From UHGV virus genome UHGV-1848590: a DNA stretch of 24,665 bases; one strand, 5' to 3'. Shown here piece by piece: positions 1-9,739 of this stretch. This DNA comes from a virus. The notes beneath the pieces are model-generated. The model saw only the letters and a program-made list of their open reading frames with translations. It searched no databases and was not told where the DNA came from. The translations under genes and the position numbers were made by a program. The number at the start of each line of letters is the position of its first letter. The stretch's first letter is position 1.

Positions 1-220
1 GAGCCGCATCGGAGAAGTTGCGTCCATTTTCAGGGGAATGGGGTAAAAAACCATCAGTGATATACAGTATCAATCGATAAGATCCATTTAATTGACGGCG
101 GTGCACTCATGGCACGCAGGCAGTGTTGAATAAACATCCGTTTTGGGGTGTTTTTTTAATCTTTTTGGGATTTAAATTCCTATCGATGAACGGTGTAAGC
201 GGATCCGCTGGATCGCGCAT

Positions 221-433
221 ATGATAAGGAATTATGACCATTGCGATATATCATGTTGGTCTGAAAGACGAGGACCAACTGAAGAGTGGGTAATCTGGAA
301 CGAGTGTGAAAACTACGTTGTTGTGCTATCCGCACGTAGAGACTATTGGCTTCTCAAAACAGCCTATGTTGTAACCTATGACAGTAAAATCAGAACACTC
401 AAACAAAGCAGAAAAAGAGCACTTGGGACATAA
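221..433 (+). CDS. hypothetical small protein (70 aa)
   Basis: ORF with ATG start; Cys/Trp-rich, no family recognised, no convincing RBS; may be non-coding. Confidence 0.2.
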   Translation: MIRNYDHCDISCWSERRGPTEEWVIWNECENYVVVLSARRDYWLLKTAYVVTYDSKIRTLKQSRKRALGT

Positions 434-599
434 AAAAGCTGAACCCGACACATATTGCTATGTATCGGGTTCGATCGCTCTTTCTACGCATGGTAGATGA
501 GTAAGGTAAATCTAACCGATCTACTTTAGCTTTTCAATAGCTAGCTATAACTTTCCGCACATATTCTTCTGATAATTCCAGTATGGCGGTTGGGTTTTC

Positions 600-896
600 T
601 TATGCTTTCCTGCGCAGAGGCGCACACTTATTCAGCAATAATAAATGTAATTCTTTGTTATCCCTAAGTATTTCGACACACCAATATCGTAACGTGTTCA
701 CTTCAAGTGTAGCCAGCACCTTATGTCGAAGTCCTCCCTCCCCTGCACATAACGATGGCCGACATTCTGCTAAGGCACATAACCATGTATTGGCATCATA
801 GAGAATCCAATAATGCTCCTCTGAAATAGTTTTGCATCCAATTATTTCGAATCTTCGTTCTATCGTTTCAGGAGAGTATGAAAAATCAATTTCCAT
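600..896 (-). CDS. hypothetical protein (98 aa)
   Basis: ORF lying just downstream of the minus-strand terminator at 937-957; no recognisable motif. Confidence 0.3.
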   Translation of the reverse strand: MEIDFSYSPETIERRFEIIGCKTISEEHYWILYDANTWLCALAECRPSLCAGEGGLRHKVLATLEVNTLRYWCVEILRDNKELHLLLLNKCAPLRRKA

Positions 897-936
897 AATA
901 TGCTCAAAATTTCGCTATACCGGCATAATTTAAGCA

Positions 937-957
937 CAAAAAAGCTCCCGTAGGAGC
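937..957 (-). terminator. rho-independent terminator ending the structural operon
   Basis: Hairpin gctcc-cgta-ggagc (944-957) followed on the minus strand by a T6 run (complement of A-run 937-943); sits directly after the stop of the 980-1489 gene. Confidence 0.65.
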
Positions 958-979
958 TTTAAAATACAAGGGGTGACTC

Positions 980-1489
980 TTAATCCCACTCAATCCAGTT
1001 GTAAACGATACGAAGTGACGGGCGCACAGCGGCAGTCACATCTTCGGTACTAAAGTCGATTGCATCACTGTAGATTTTGCAGTCCAACATTTCAATTGTT
1101 GTAGCAGCTTTTGTCACAGCGTTAACCCCGGAAGATTTGGATTCAGGGGTAGCAGCCATCGTGATATCAACATAGTCCTTCGCCGCAATGCGATCCTTGA
1201 TGAACTGAAGAATATCGCCTTCGATAGTCTCCACGCACTGGACCTGGATTTCCCCAGAGTTTCGAATTGGTCCGTGCTGGTTGAACTTCACACCATTCGG
1301 ACCATAGTCCTCCACATCCTCGCGGGTCATTTCAGGAATTTGCGACGTGCGAACCAGTACGCTGATATCTTCATGGCCTGCAACAGTGAGCTGGAATTCA
1401 GAAGATACCAGTCGTTCGCCTTTGGCCGCGTTGGCAGTATAGCGGCCCTTAATAAATTTACGGTTTCCCTTAGTGTTATTGTGCCCCAT
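980..1489 (-). CDS. phage tail tube-like protein (169 aa)
   Basis: ATG with AAGGA RBS; N-terminal FQLTV pattern and C-terminal IVYNWIEWD end resemble contractile-tail tube proteins (T4 gp19 type) as I recall them; last gene before terminator. Confidence 0.45.
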   Translation of the reverse strand: MGHNNTKGNRKFIKGRYTANAAKGERLVSSEFQLTVAGHEDISVLVRTSQIPEMTREDVEDYGPNGVKFNQHGPIRNSGEIQVQCVETIEGDILQFIKDRIAAKDYVDITMAATPESKSSGVNAVTKAATTIEMLDCKIYSDAIDFSTEDVTAAVRPSLRIVYNWIEWD

Positions 1490-1500
1490 ATAAAATCCTT

Positions 1501-2082
1501 TTACTGGAACGCCCGAACAATATCGGAGCTGTTATATATCGAAGAACCGGTCAACTGGAGGTTGACGGTGTTTTTCAGGAAATATCCATTACTGTCCCTT
1601 GGCGCATCGAGATCAAAACTTAAGTCCTGGATGGCGACATCGGTGATGTTGATCCGGCGACCAATGTTTAGCGTCACGCGCTCCGGGATTCGACCACCAA
1701 CATTGGCCGCTTTTAGTTCCGGGCTAATCATGGCTGTCAACGCGGCGATAGCGCCTGAAACTTCAATGAATGGATTGTTCAAAGCAATGAAAGTTACAGG
1801 CAGCGTGAACGTCGGCGGAGTCCCCCCTTCCCAAACCATTAAGCTATTCCAACGGGCAACCGACGTTGTTTCAGTACCTACTTGCACAAAACCACCCAGA
1901 GCACCAGAAACAGATCCCATGGACATACCGGTAAACGGCGCTTCCCAATTCTGGGCCATGTTCATTGCCGCTCCCTGGCTGATATATCCGGTAACCTGGT
2001 ACTGAGAGTTCGTTAAAGTAACTTTCAGATATGGCGATACACCGTCAGCCTGGCTGTAAACCCCATAAGCTATAGGAGCCAT
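1501..2082 (-). CDS. structural-module protein, function unknown (193 aa)
   Basis: Tightly packed in the minus-strand structural operon; ATG start preceded by a GC-rich hairpin with an AGGAGGA element upstream of it. Confidence 0.5.
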   Translation of the reverse strand: MAPIAYGVYSQADGVSPYLKVTLTNSQYQVTGYISQGAAMNMAQNWEAPFTGMSMGSVSGALGGFVQVGTETTSVARWNSLMVWEGGTPPTFTLPVTFIALNNPFIEVSGAIAALTAMISPELKAANVGGRIPERVTLNIGRRINITDVAIQDLSFDLDAPRDSNGYFLKNTVNLQLTGSSIYNSSDIVRAFQ

Positions 2083-2117
2083 TCAAGTTAAAGGCCGGAG
2101 TTCCCCGGCCTCCTCCT

Positions 2118-2933
2118 TTAGCCAAGGCGCTTACGGCGCAGTTTCATTGACTTTTTGCGGGCAAGTTTTGCCGCACCCGTCTGGGCTTTTCGACGCGCTT
2201 TTTTCAGCGCCGATTTTTGAGCCGCAGTCAGACGTTTTTTACGCAGGCGTTTACGGATGAGTTTGATCTCACCGTTACGAACAACCTTCTTAAATGCTTC
2301 AGTCAGCATTTCATCAGAAGTGCCAGCAACAACAAACGCCGCTTCCAGTTCGTCACGGTCGTCGCTATCTAAACCAGCGATAGAGGCACCAACATCAGCA
2401 GCTGCGTCGTCGTCTTCATCGTCAGCCAGTGCCTCGATCAGGTCATCATCTACACCGCATGCTGCGAGGAAGTCAGCAACATTTGCCCATGCTTCGTTAT
2501 AGGCATCGTCCTGTTCTTCTGTAACTTCGGAGTCGTCGTCATCAGAGATACCAGCGATAGCCTGAACGAAACCATCAAGGGAGTCGAAAGTCAGATCACC
2601 GCTATCAGCCCAGGCGAAAACGGCGTCGGCCGCATCACTCAACGCATTCTGCATAGCACTTCTATTTGCAGCTTCCAGAATCATCTGGTGCGCCTGTTCG
2701 ACGGTCCATTCTTTACCGTCTTTCCCTTCCAGGATTTGCTCAGGAGCCGGGGCAGATGGAACGTTATCGTTAGTCTGTGCCGCCGGTTCCGGATTATTAT
2801 TAATAACCGGATCTGTTGGCTGTTCGGCGCTTGCTCGGGCAGACTCCATCAGCTGCACAGGATCAGAGTTCAAAGCGAAACGAGACAGTCCATTCCCCAA
2901 AAATGCCCCGGATTGAAAAAAGTTTTTGCTCAT
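2118..2933 (-). CDS. acidic protein with Lys/Arg-rich C-terminal tail (271 aa), function unknown
   Basis: ATG with AAGGGA RBS; Asp/Glu-rich centre and strongly basic last ~50 residues (KRLRKKRL...RRKRLG); position in the structural operon. Confidence 0.5.
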   Translation of the reverse strand: MSKNFFQSGAFLGNGLSRFALNSDPVQLMESARASAEQPTDPVINNNPEPAAQTNDNVPSAPAPEQILEGKDGKEWTVEQAHQMILEAANRSAMQNALSDAADAVFAWADSGDLTFDSLDGFVQAIAGISDDDDSEVTEEQDDAYNEAWANVADFLAACGVDDDLIEALADDEDDDAAADVGASIAGLDSDDRDELEAAFVVAGTSDEMLTEAFKKVVRNGEIKLIRKRLRKKRLTAAQKSALKKARRKAQTGAAKLARKKSMKLRRKRLG

Positions 2934-2942
2934 TGTATTCCC

Positions 2943-4532
2943 TTACTTAATAAGCAGCGGTACGCCCTGGATACGACGGGCTACGCCAGTCGGGCAGCAG
3001 GCCCAGACTACTTCCCATTTATCGAATTCCGCCTGCGTAACTTTCAGCACATACGGTTCTGTACCGTCAGCATCAGGATCACGAGGAGCCACCAGAGCGC
3101 CGGAGGCGACAAAGCGATCTAAAAGTTTGGTCATCCCTTTAGTCAGGCCAGCCGCAGTAATACCGTCCGGGCTATGCTTCATCTGTCGGGCTAACTGGAC
3201 AAAGAAACGGCTGATTGCATTCATCAGGGATGGGACGTGCTGGAAGTGCAGATAGTTATCCTGCGTGCAGCAAGTTAAAGCATCGTCGATGATCATCTGG
3301 CCAGAGGTGCCAACAGATACTTTATTGAGACGGCCCTTGACCATTGCTTCTTCGTCCGGGGTATCTTCCGGATACAGCGGTTGAATTGACGCACGAGCAA
3401 TGACGGCACGTTCTTCACCAGCCGGTGAGTAATGCCAACCGCCGACATCAGAGTTTTTCTTGACGCCACGAGCTTTCGCCGCATACGCCACGCCAGACAG
3501 ACCAAAGACCACACGGGATTGGGTCCATTTGTCTTTGCAGGAGAACGGGTAGTGATAGACAGCACAGCTTACATAATCGGTACCAAGTAAACCGGTATCT
3601 TCAACAGCAGAGAGCGCTTCCGTATACGTCAATGTCGGTTTGACATCAAAGAAGCCATCAATCAGGCGATCAGAACAGATATTACCTAACGCGGTGATCG
3701 CCGCATTGTCATAGCAACCCAGGCCGAGAACAGCGGTGTACATGTACGGCGCATTGTTCAGCACCTTAACCGCACGCAGGTACGCAGCGGTTGAGATTTT
3801 CGACTGATCACCGTTGGTACCACCAGTGAACGCCAGCGATTTTTTATTTGTTACTTTCGCCGTCGAAATCAGCTCTTCATTAACAACCGCGCGCAGATAT
3901 TTAGAACGGGCTTCCAGAGCCGTAGGCAGATAACACAAGCGGCCCATGTCATCTTTCGCTTCTTCCGCCAAAGACACAGTGTGTGTCTCCAGGGTCGTTA
4001 CCACGCCGAGCGAAGTCGTCTGGGTCAGTTTTAAGAGGAAGCGTTCATTACCCGCGCTGTCCGCTGTTGCCGTTTCGATGGTTAACTCACGGGTAGGTGA
4101 AATACACGGATCACCATCATCAACGTAGATAGCAAAGGCTTCGCCACTATCAAGTTCAATTTCAGAACCGTATGGCAACGCACTGTAAGCCGGTTCGCCT
4201 GATTCATCGAACATAATAATCGGGAACTTCGCATCATCCGGAACAGCACGAACAACATAACCTGACGTTTGCTGAATAGCTTCGTATACATGGCGAATTG
4301 GTTCGAACTGTGAGCCGGAAGACGGCTTCAGCGGTTCGCCGAGAACATCTTTGTAATTGGACTCAGTAACCGCAAGAACAGTAAACGGCTTGCCACGCGC
4401 AAATACGCCAATACCAGCCCACAAGCTGCTATTTAATGCAACACCGGTAGATAACGTCGCATCGGCATTGATCGGGCTAACCGCGACGCCGGATGCATTA
4501 CCTAATGACTGTTGAATTGAATATTGAGACAT
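2943..4532 (-). CDS. putative contractile tail sheath protein (529 aa; P1 gp22-like)
   Basis: ATG with GGGAAAG RBS; N-terminal region resembles the start of myophage sheath proteins (P2 FI-like pattern); size fits my recollection of the P1 sheath protein; not verified by search. Confidence 0.45.
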   Translation of the reverse strand: MSQYSIQQSLGNASGVAVSPINADATLSTGVALNSSLWAGIGVFARGKPFTVLAVTESNYKDVLGEPLKPSSGSQFEPIRHVYEAIQQTSGYVVRAVPDDAKFPIIMFDESGEPAYSALPYGSEIELDSGEAFAIYVDDGDPCISPTRELTIETATADSAGNERFLLKLTQTTSLGVVTTLETHTVSLAEEAKDDMGRLCYLPTALEARSKYLRAVVNEELISTAKVTNKKSLAFTGGTNGDQSKISTAAYLRAVKVLNNAPYMYTAVLGLGCYDNAAITALGNICSDRLIDGFFDVKPTLTYTEALSAVEDTGLLGTDYVSCAVYHYPFSCKDKWTQSRVVFGLSGVAYAAKARGVKKNSDVGGWHYSPAGEERAVIARASIQPLYPEDTPDEEAMVKGRLNKVSVGTSGQMIIDDALTCCTQDNYLHFQHVPSLMNAISRFFVQLARQMKHSPDGITAAGLTKGMTKLLDRFVASGALVAPRDPDADGTEPYVLKVTQAEFDKWEVVWACCPTGVARRIQGVPLLIK

Positions 4533-4592
4533 AACTTTCCCTGTTATGCGCCCCGCACGGGGGCGCTATGTTAAACGGAGAACTTCCCCTGA

Positions 4593-6320
4593 TTACTCAG
4601 AGTCACCGGCATCAATCGTGTCGCCGCTTATGAAGTTAAGCCCGCCTTTTTTGGCCATTGTCAGCGTTACACGAGTGAAGTAATCAGCGCCGTTGCGTGG
4701 GTGCATATCGTTGATAGCCGAACCCCACAGTGTGGTACGGTTGACCAGCGCCGGAGTGGTCGGATGCTGGAACGGGATAGCCGGGACAGCATCACCAGTC
4801 ACGAAGCCTGCTTTACCCGGATTTTCATCACGGACGTAGCACAGCACATCCATCGAGCTGAACTGAATGTTCTCTGTCGTTAAGTTCTTACAAATACCAG
4901 CAGGTACTTCGTACACTTTCACGTTACCGAACAGGGTACCGATGTAGTGAACATACGGAGTCTGGATATAGTCTTCGGCTGGCTGGAAGAAATCCTTCGG
5001 CAACTGTTTGAAGAAAGATGCTGCATCAGCACCAGCAAACATCCCCATCGCACCAGAAGATTTAACGCGCTCAATAATGTCGCGATATACAGTCTGGAAT
5101 TTGCCACGAATGATGGTTGCCCATACATTAAAGGACTGGTTAACCGGCAGAGCGATGTCAAAGGTGTCGGTCGCAAGAGTACGCCAGATCATGATGCGAA
5201 GACGCAGCATATCCTGTTCATGAGACAGGTATTCCTTCAGGGTGCGGAACTGTAGGGAACCCAGGTCCAGACCAAATTCACGCTGTGCTTCATACGCCGC
5301 CTGTACCGTGTGCTCAGCCGCGATAACGAACTGACTTGGGAACAGGGTGTATTTCTTCATTTCGTGGTTGATCAGCGGGATCAGCTCAGGTGCGGCTTCA
5401 ATATTGATTTCCGTCTCAATTGCGATCTCAGTGCCTTTATCCGGCGCTTTGGAGAACGACAGGGCAATCTGACCAATGTTGTAGTTCAGAGAGCAGGTAA
5501 CAGTGATTTGCTCACCAGCAGCATTAGTAAACGAGTGAAGTAGGCTGCCGGAACCGTTATCAACAACAGACTTAATACGGTTAACGTAGATGTTAGTGCG
5601 ACCTTTTCGGATTGGTACATTCTGGCCTTCGAAGTCTTCCATCTTGAAGGTTGCGGTTTTGCTGGTGCCATCGGAGCTTGCCACCAGCACATAGCGGCGA
5701 CGTAACTGGCTGTACACACCAACGGATTGCATGTCCAGAACATCACCAGCAGCATAAGAACCAAAAGAGGAACCTGCCACGTTAAAGACTTCATAGATGT
5801 CGGACTGGTCACGCGTAACCGGAATGAAGGTACACGCATCAGCGGTAGCTGCCCCCAACTGAACAGGCAGGATCATCGCGAGGAATAAAGGCAGACGCAT
5901 AACACCGTCAGAAACGCTCATCATCTCTGCTGCGACGGATTCCAGCATCGCTTTATTAGTGGCATCCATGCTATTGCGGGTGGACTCAATCAGGCAGTTT
6001 TCCAGCGTCTGGTGGCAGGAGGCCAGAATTTCCGGACGCGGCATAGATTTATGTGCTGCGGCGTAGTCAGCCAGTGCACTTGCCCACGCTGTAGCGATTT
6101 GAGCGGTGGCATTATCAGAGATACCCGCAAAAACCGGGTCTTTACGTGCAGCTTCAAGGATAGATGCGGCACGCGCGGCATCATCTTTAATGAATTGGTT
6201 ATCAGTACCGAACTGCGCAGTGCTTGCCCAGCCAAGCACAGCTTTAGAGCGTTTTGCGATATCTGCAATACGATTCTGGTATTCGCGTAAGTTACTCAAT
6301 TTACTCTTCCTTAAACACAA
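4593..6320 (-). CDS. putative major head protein precursor (575 aa ORF; P1 gp23-like)
   Basis: Large ORF next to parS; helical N-terminal ~160 aa could be a cleaved delta/scaffold domain; annotated start is TTG at 6320, an alternative TTG at 6299 has an AGGAAG RBS; assignment by size and position only. Confidence 0.4.
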   Translation of the reverse strand: MCLRKSKLSNLREYQNRIADIAKRSKAVLGWASTAQFGTDNQFIKDDAARAASILEAARKDPVFAGISDNATAQIATAWASALADYAAAHKSMPRPEILASCHQTLENCLIESTRNSMDATNKAMLESVAAEMMSVSDGVMRLPLFLAMILPVQLGAATADACTFIPVTRDQSDIYEVFNVAGSSFGSYAAGDVLDMQSVGVYSQLRRRYVLVASSDGTSKTATFKMEDFEGQNVPIRKGRTNIYVNRIKSVVDNGSGSLLHSFTNAAGEQITVTCSLNYNIGQIALSFSKAPDKGTEIAIETEINIEAAPELIPLINHEMKKYTLFPSQFVIAAEHTVQAAYEAQREFGLDLGSLQFRTLKEYLSHEQDMLRLRIMIWRTLATDTFDIALPVNQSFNVWATIIRGKFQTVYRDIIERVKSSGAMGMFAGADAASFFKQLPKDFFQPAEDYIQTPYVHYIGTLFGNVKVYEVPAGICKNLTTENIQFSSMDVLCYVRDENPGKAGFVTGDAVPAIPFQHPTTPALVNRTTLWGSAINDMHPRNGADYFTRVTLTMAKKGGLNFISGDTIDAGDSE

Positions 6321-6435
6321 GGCACTTGTGTGAATCCCTTTTCGGAAGAGATTTTATTGAAAGTCACTTGTTGACTTTCTCGTGACAAGCAATTTTTTTA
6401 TTTTTTCGGGAGTAGGGGAGGAAGGTAAAATCCAA

Positions 6436-6520
6436 GGTGAAATCGTGGCGATTTCACCTTGAAATTTTAGATGGATTTACTTTAAAAACAGTAGGTTAAT
6501 AGTGAAATTTGAATGGCGAA
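6436..6520 (-). other. parS: parS partition site (centromere)
   Basis: Minus-strand reading TCGCCATTCAAATTTCACTATTAAC...AAAATTTCAAGGTGAAATCGCCACGATTTCACC: ParB box A heptamers (ATTTCAC) and box B hexamers (TCGCCA) flanking an AT-rich IHF-like core; near-identical to P1 parS as I recall it. Confidence 0.85.
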
Positions 6521-6523
6521 AGT

Positions 6524-7525
6524 TTAAGGCTTCGGCTTTTTATCGAGGCTCTTTCTAAGGATATGCCCAATCATCCTGTCGAGTTCTTCCTGTAGCTCTT
6601 TTGAAAGTCGATTAAACTCATAAGAAAATGCACGGCCTTTCACGCGCTTCCTTGCAAAGCGATCCTTGTCCTCAAATTTCCATAATTCAGTAACTACGGA
6701 CTTATCTTTAGAACCTTTATCCGTGAGTAGTGAGGCTTCCTTTGTTATCAAGCGCAGGATTTTATTTTTAACTTCATCTTCGGCCATTTCTTCAATGGAT
6801 AAGATGTCGTTTATTTCCGGGGATATGTTTTGAATAAGCTGATCAAACTCTAAATTCTTGTTCCCCATTTCGTCGCCAACAGCACAAAGCGTTTTGTAGT
6901 CCGAAAAGGTTAATTCCGACTGCACAGGGAAAAGGGCGACTAATTCTTCCGGAGCACTCGCTGCCTGGAGAGCACGCGTGACCTTAGCCTGAGACAGCCC
7001 TTCTTTGGCTGCAATATCCTTCTGACTCATCCCATCATTTTTCATTCGCATCAAACGCAGACCTATTTCTCGAATGCTGTGCTGCAATGCTGTCTGAACG
7101 TCTTTCGCTAAATTTTGCGCTTCCTGAACGCTGATCTCCTGGTCCGTGACTAAAACCCGCAACCCTACGTTCTCTAAGATGGCAGAAGCTCGACGCCGGG
7201 AACCATCCAAAATTTCAATTTTCCCTGTACCCCGTCTAACACCTATTGCAGGGTAAAATTGCTGATGCTTAATAGTGCTTCGGATACTTTTTAATGATTT
7301 TGGCGTAAGAGATGCCTGGTCACGCCCGTTGTTATGCTGATCAACAAAGGTATCGCTTTCTACCTGGTTCGGAGGTATTACCTCTTCAATAAATGTGGCC
7401 TGGCGACCAGTTGATAACTTGAATACCTGCTCGACTCGATCGCCAGAGGCTGAAGAACTATCAAATCCGCTTAATATTGAAGGATTAAGGGTTCGCCCAA
7501 TTGTTGGTCTGTTTTTCTTTGACAT
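6524..7525 (-). CDS. parB: ParB partition protein (333 aa)
   Basis: Full-length, P1 ParB-like sequence; directly follows parA, with parS downstream. Confidence 0.95.
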   Translation of the reverse strand: MSKKNRPTIGRTLNPSILSGFDSSSASGDRVEQVFKLSTGRQATFIEEVIPPNQVESDTFVDQHNNGRDQASLTPKSLKSIRSTIKHQQFYPAIGVRRGTGKIEILDGSRRRASAILENVGLRVLVTDQEISVQEAQNLAKDVQTALQHSIREIGLRLMRMKNDGMSQKDIAAKEGLSQAKVTRALQAASAPEELVALFPVQSELTFSDYKTLCAVGDEMGNKNLEFDQLIQNISPEINDILSIEEMAEDEVKNKILRLITKEASLLTDKGSKDKSVVTELWKFEDKDRFARKRVKGRAFSYEFNRLSKELQEELDRMIGHILRKSLDKKPKP

Positions 7526-7541
7526 GGGGGTTTCTTACTCC

Positions 7542-8738
7542 TCAGTTAGATCTGATAAATTCAATACGGTCAAAAACTGCTTTAGCAAAATCTTCCGCGG
7601 CAATTCGCGCGTTCTTCAATGCATCAGCACTACCAACATACGTTGCCGGGTTAGCTGAAATAACAGTGTCAAAAGACTCGCCGCAACGTTCAAAACCGTC
7701 AAGGCGAGGGAGGACGACATCGAGCATATCCCCACCGAACACTTCTTTAGCCAGGCTATGGCAATACTTATGATCTGCCTTGTTACTCAACTTGGACATA
7801 AAACCAATGTTAGTCGCAAGCTGGCACTCGCAGCCTTCATCCGAAATGAGTTTCACCAACTCAGGAAGGCGGGCAACGTATTTAAGCGATGAGTGGAAAT
7901 CGACAGTTGCTGGCGGCAGAGGTGTAAACAGTATATTGGCCGAGGCCAAAGCATTTTTCAGGAAGGCGTCAAGGTGAGGACCACTATCAACGAGGATAAA
8001 GTCATAATCGCTCTTCAGCTTATCAATCACATTTTCTTTCAGGACAGCATGGATGTTCTGACCCGGTAGATGCTCATTGCACAGCTCTCTCCAATCGGAT
8101 GCAATAAAGGCATCGTCAATCGACGCAGGCATAACGTCAACCCCAGGTACAACAGAAGGAACAATAAACTCCTCTAACAGCTCTTCACGGCTTACATTCT
8201 GCAACATAGCCTGTGCAGATGTTGCGTTTACGATACCAATAGAGTGTTTATGGCTTAAAAACATCGTTGCTGAAGATTGCGGATCAAGGTCAATAACCAG
8301 AATCCTTAAATCTTCCATCAGAAGATGAGGGTGAGCACGCATTGCATGCGCCAGAGAAACCGTCGATACAGTTTTTGACACACCGCCTTTAAGATTGGAG
8401 ATGAAAATCACATACGCTTCGCTGTAGCGATCCCGGTATTTTGGCACTCCGCGATGTTCATATATGTCAATGATGTTCTGAATTGACATCGCATATTTCA
8501 TTGAAGAGCCAGCAGGGCGTTTATCGAAAACATAACCCTTTTCTTCCATTTCACTTACGGCATAGTCAACGTTCGCTCGAGTCAGTAGAGGCAATTTTGC
8601 CAGTGCCGCTTTCGCATAGACCTGGTAAAACTCGTTCGCGTGTAGCTCATCCTTTTGCAACTGTACTTGTTCAGTCAGAACATTGAGCATTCTGTTTGCT
8701 CTTTGAGCAACCTTGTGAAGCTGGCTGGAATCACTCAT
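7542..8738 (-). CDS. parA: ParA partition ATPase (398 aa)
   Basis: Deviant Walker A (KGGVSKT) and N-terminal extension typical of type Ia ParA; matches P1 ParA as I recall it. Confidence 0.95.
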   Translation of the reverse strand: MSDSSQLHKVAQRANRMLNVLTEQVQLQKDELHANEFYQVYAKAALAKLPLLTRANVDYAVSEMEEKGYVFDKRPAGSSMKYAMSIQNIIDIYEHRGVPKYRDRYSEAYVIFISNLKGGVSKTVSTVSLAHAMRAHPHLLMEDLRILVIDLDPQSSATMFLSHKHSIGIVNATSAQAMLQNVSREELLEEFIVPSVVPGVDVMPASIDDAFIASDWRELCNEHLPGQNIHAVLKENVIDKLKSDYDFILVDSGPHLDAFLKNALASANILFTPLPPATVDFHSSLKYVARLPELVKLISDEGCECQLATNIGFMSKLSNKADHKYCHSLAKEVFGGDMLDVVLPRLDGFERCGESFDTVISANPATYVGSADALKNARIAAEDFAKAVFDRIEFIRSN

Positions 8739-8753
8739 CGAAAGTCATCCTTT

Positions 8754-8789
8754 ATGCTGTATTTTTGAATTTAATTAAAAATGCTGCAT
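8754..8789 (-). promoter_or_regulatory. par operon promoter/operator inverted repeat
   Basis: Imperfect inverted repeat ATGCTGTATTTTT ... AAAAATGCTGCAT immediately upstream of parA, consistent with the ParA autoregulatory operator. Confidence 0.5.
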
Positions 8790-8878
8790 AAAATAATAAT
8801 GTATGCGTAGATGCTTGTACATGGCATTCTCTGCATGTTTTGTTCATTTTGCACGATTGAGAGTTACAAGAAAGGCAC

Positions 8879-8899
8879 AAAAAAGCCCCGTTCAGGGGC
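8879..8899 (-). terminator. rho-independent terminator after the T5orf172 gene
   Basis: Hairpin gcccc-gttca-ggggc (8885-8899) followed on the minus strand by a T6 run; just downstream of the 8907 stop. Confidence 0.6.
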
Positions 8900-8906
8900 A
8901 TCAGTG

Positions 8907-9716
8907 TTATTTGCTAAGAGCAGCGAATAATCGTTCGAAATCGATAGTATCTATAGCACGCGTAAGCGCCGGAAGTTCAGCCTCAAAGTACCCGTGTCGA
9001 TCGTAAAAGAAGGGACCGAAGAGCGAGGCATGTTGGATTCTACTTCGCCCCAGCCCGGACACACAGTTAAGCCCATTACCGGCTAAAAGGCTAAAAAACT
9101 TCTCTGGATTATCGTGGTAAAGCTGAGAATCAATGGTGGCGGTTAACTCTTCCATAGGGAAGCACACCCGCCCTGTCTCCCAGGGATATTTAGTCCGAAG
9201 CATAAACATTGCTTTCAGCAATTCACATTGAGCGCGGATCGCGTCCGGTTCATAGCCAGATATGGAGACATAAGCCACGTCCCTCATTCCTGCGTCATCT
9301 TTGAAAGTCACGATAGAAGTAACATCCAGTTCTTTTTCGAAAGAGCGAGCAGCATCTACTGGACGCTGAAGTAAATCATTCGACTTAATGCGCTCGAGAA
9401 TCCCTCCCCACATATCATTTAGATATTCGATATGAGCCAAAACCTTATCAAGACACTCTCGTGTAAACCATTCAGTATGCCCGCCACCGGCGCTTTTCTC
9501 CCACGGCGCATTCCAGGGGAAAAAGGTTGCGTGTAAAGCCCGCTCAAGATTAACCATTGCCAAACGCGTACCACGATAGACCCGTGAAAGCGCAAAATCG
9601 GGACTCACTTGTAGCCCTTTAAACCGTGCCAATGGACCACATGAAATGCCGATTTTAAAAGTATCTCCGTTCTCCGGCACCAGAACGTAGAGGTAGTGTT
9701 GTTTCTCTTCTTGCAT
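8907..9716 (-). CDS. T5orf172 (GIY-YIG-like) domain protein with unknown C-terminal domain (269 aa)
   Basis: N-terminal HYLYVLVPENGDTFKIGIS...LARFKGLQ...LERALHATF...GGHTEWFTRECLDKV follows the T5orf172/GIY-YIG pattern; own terminator; no strong SD at the ATG. Confidence 0.55.
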   Translation of the reverse strand: MQEEKQHYLYVLVPENGDTFKIGISCGPLARFKGLQVSPDFALSRVYRGTRLAMVNLERALHATFFPWNAPWEKSAGGGHTEWFTRECLDKVLAHIEYLNDMWGGILERIKSNDLLQRPVDAARSFEKELDVTSIVTFKDDAGMRDVAYVSISGYEPDAIRAQCELLKAMFMLRTKYPWETGRVCFPMEELTATIDSQLYHDNPEKFFSLLAGNGLNCVSGLGRSRIQHASLFGPFFYDRHGYFEAELPALTRAIDTIDFERLFAALSK

Positions 9717-9739
9717 ATCAATACCACTGCTTGATGAGA

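Noticed and set aside
1-600. Window start as a possible gene-rich or mobile-element region
   Set aside because: Only one weak 70-codon ORF and a few palindromes (for example TAGCTAGCTA near 537-548); no transposase, inverted terminal repeats or RNA gene could be supported.
1274-2005. 243-aa plus-strand ORF
   Set aside because: Lies entirely antisense to two tightly packed minus-strand structural genes that have good RBSs and operon context.
2257-3255. Plus-strand ORFs 2257-2502, 2688-3122 and 2926-3255, including a Ser/Ala-rich one
   Set aside because: Antisense shadows of the minus-strand acidic and sheath-like genes; low-complexity translation and no RBS.
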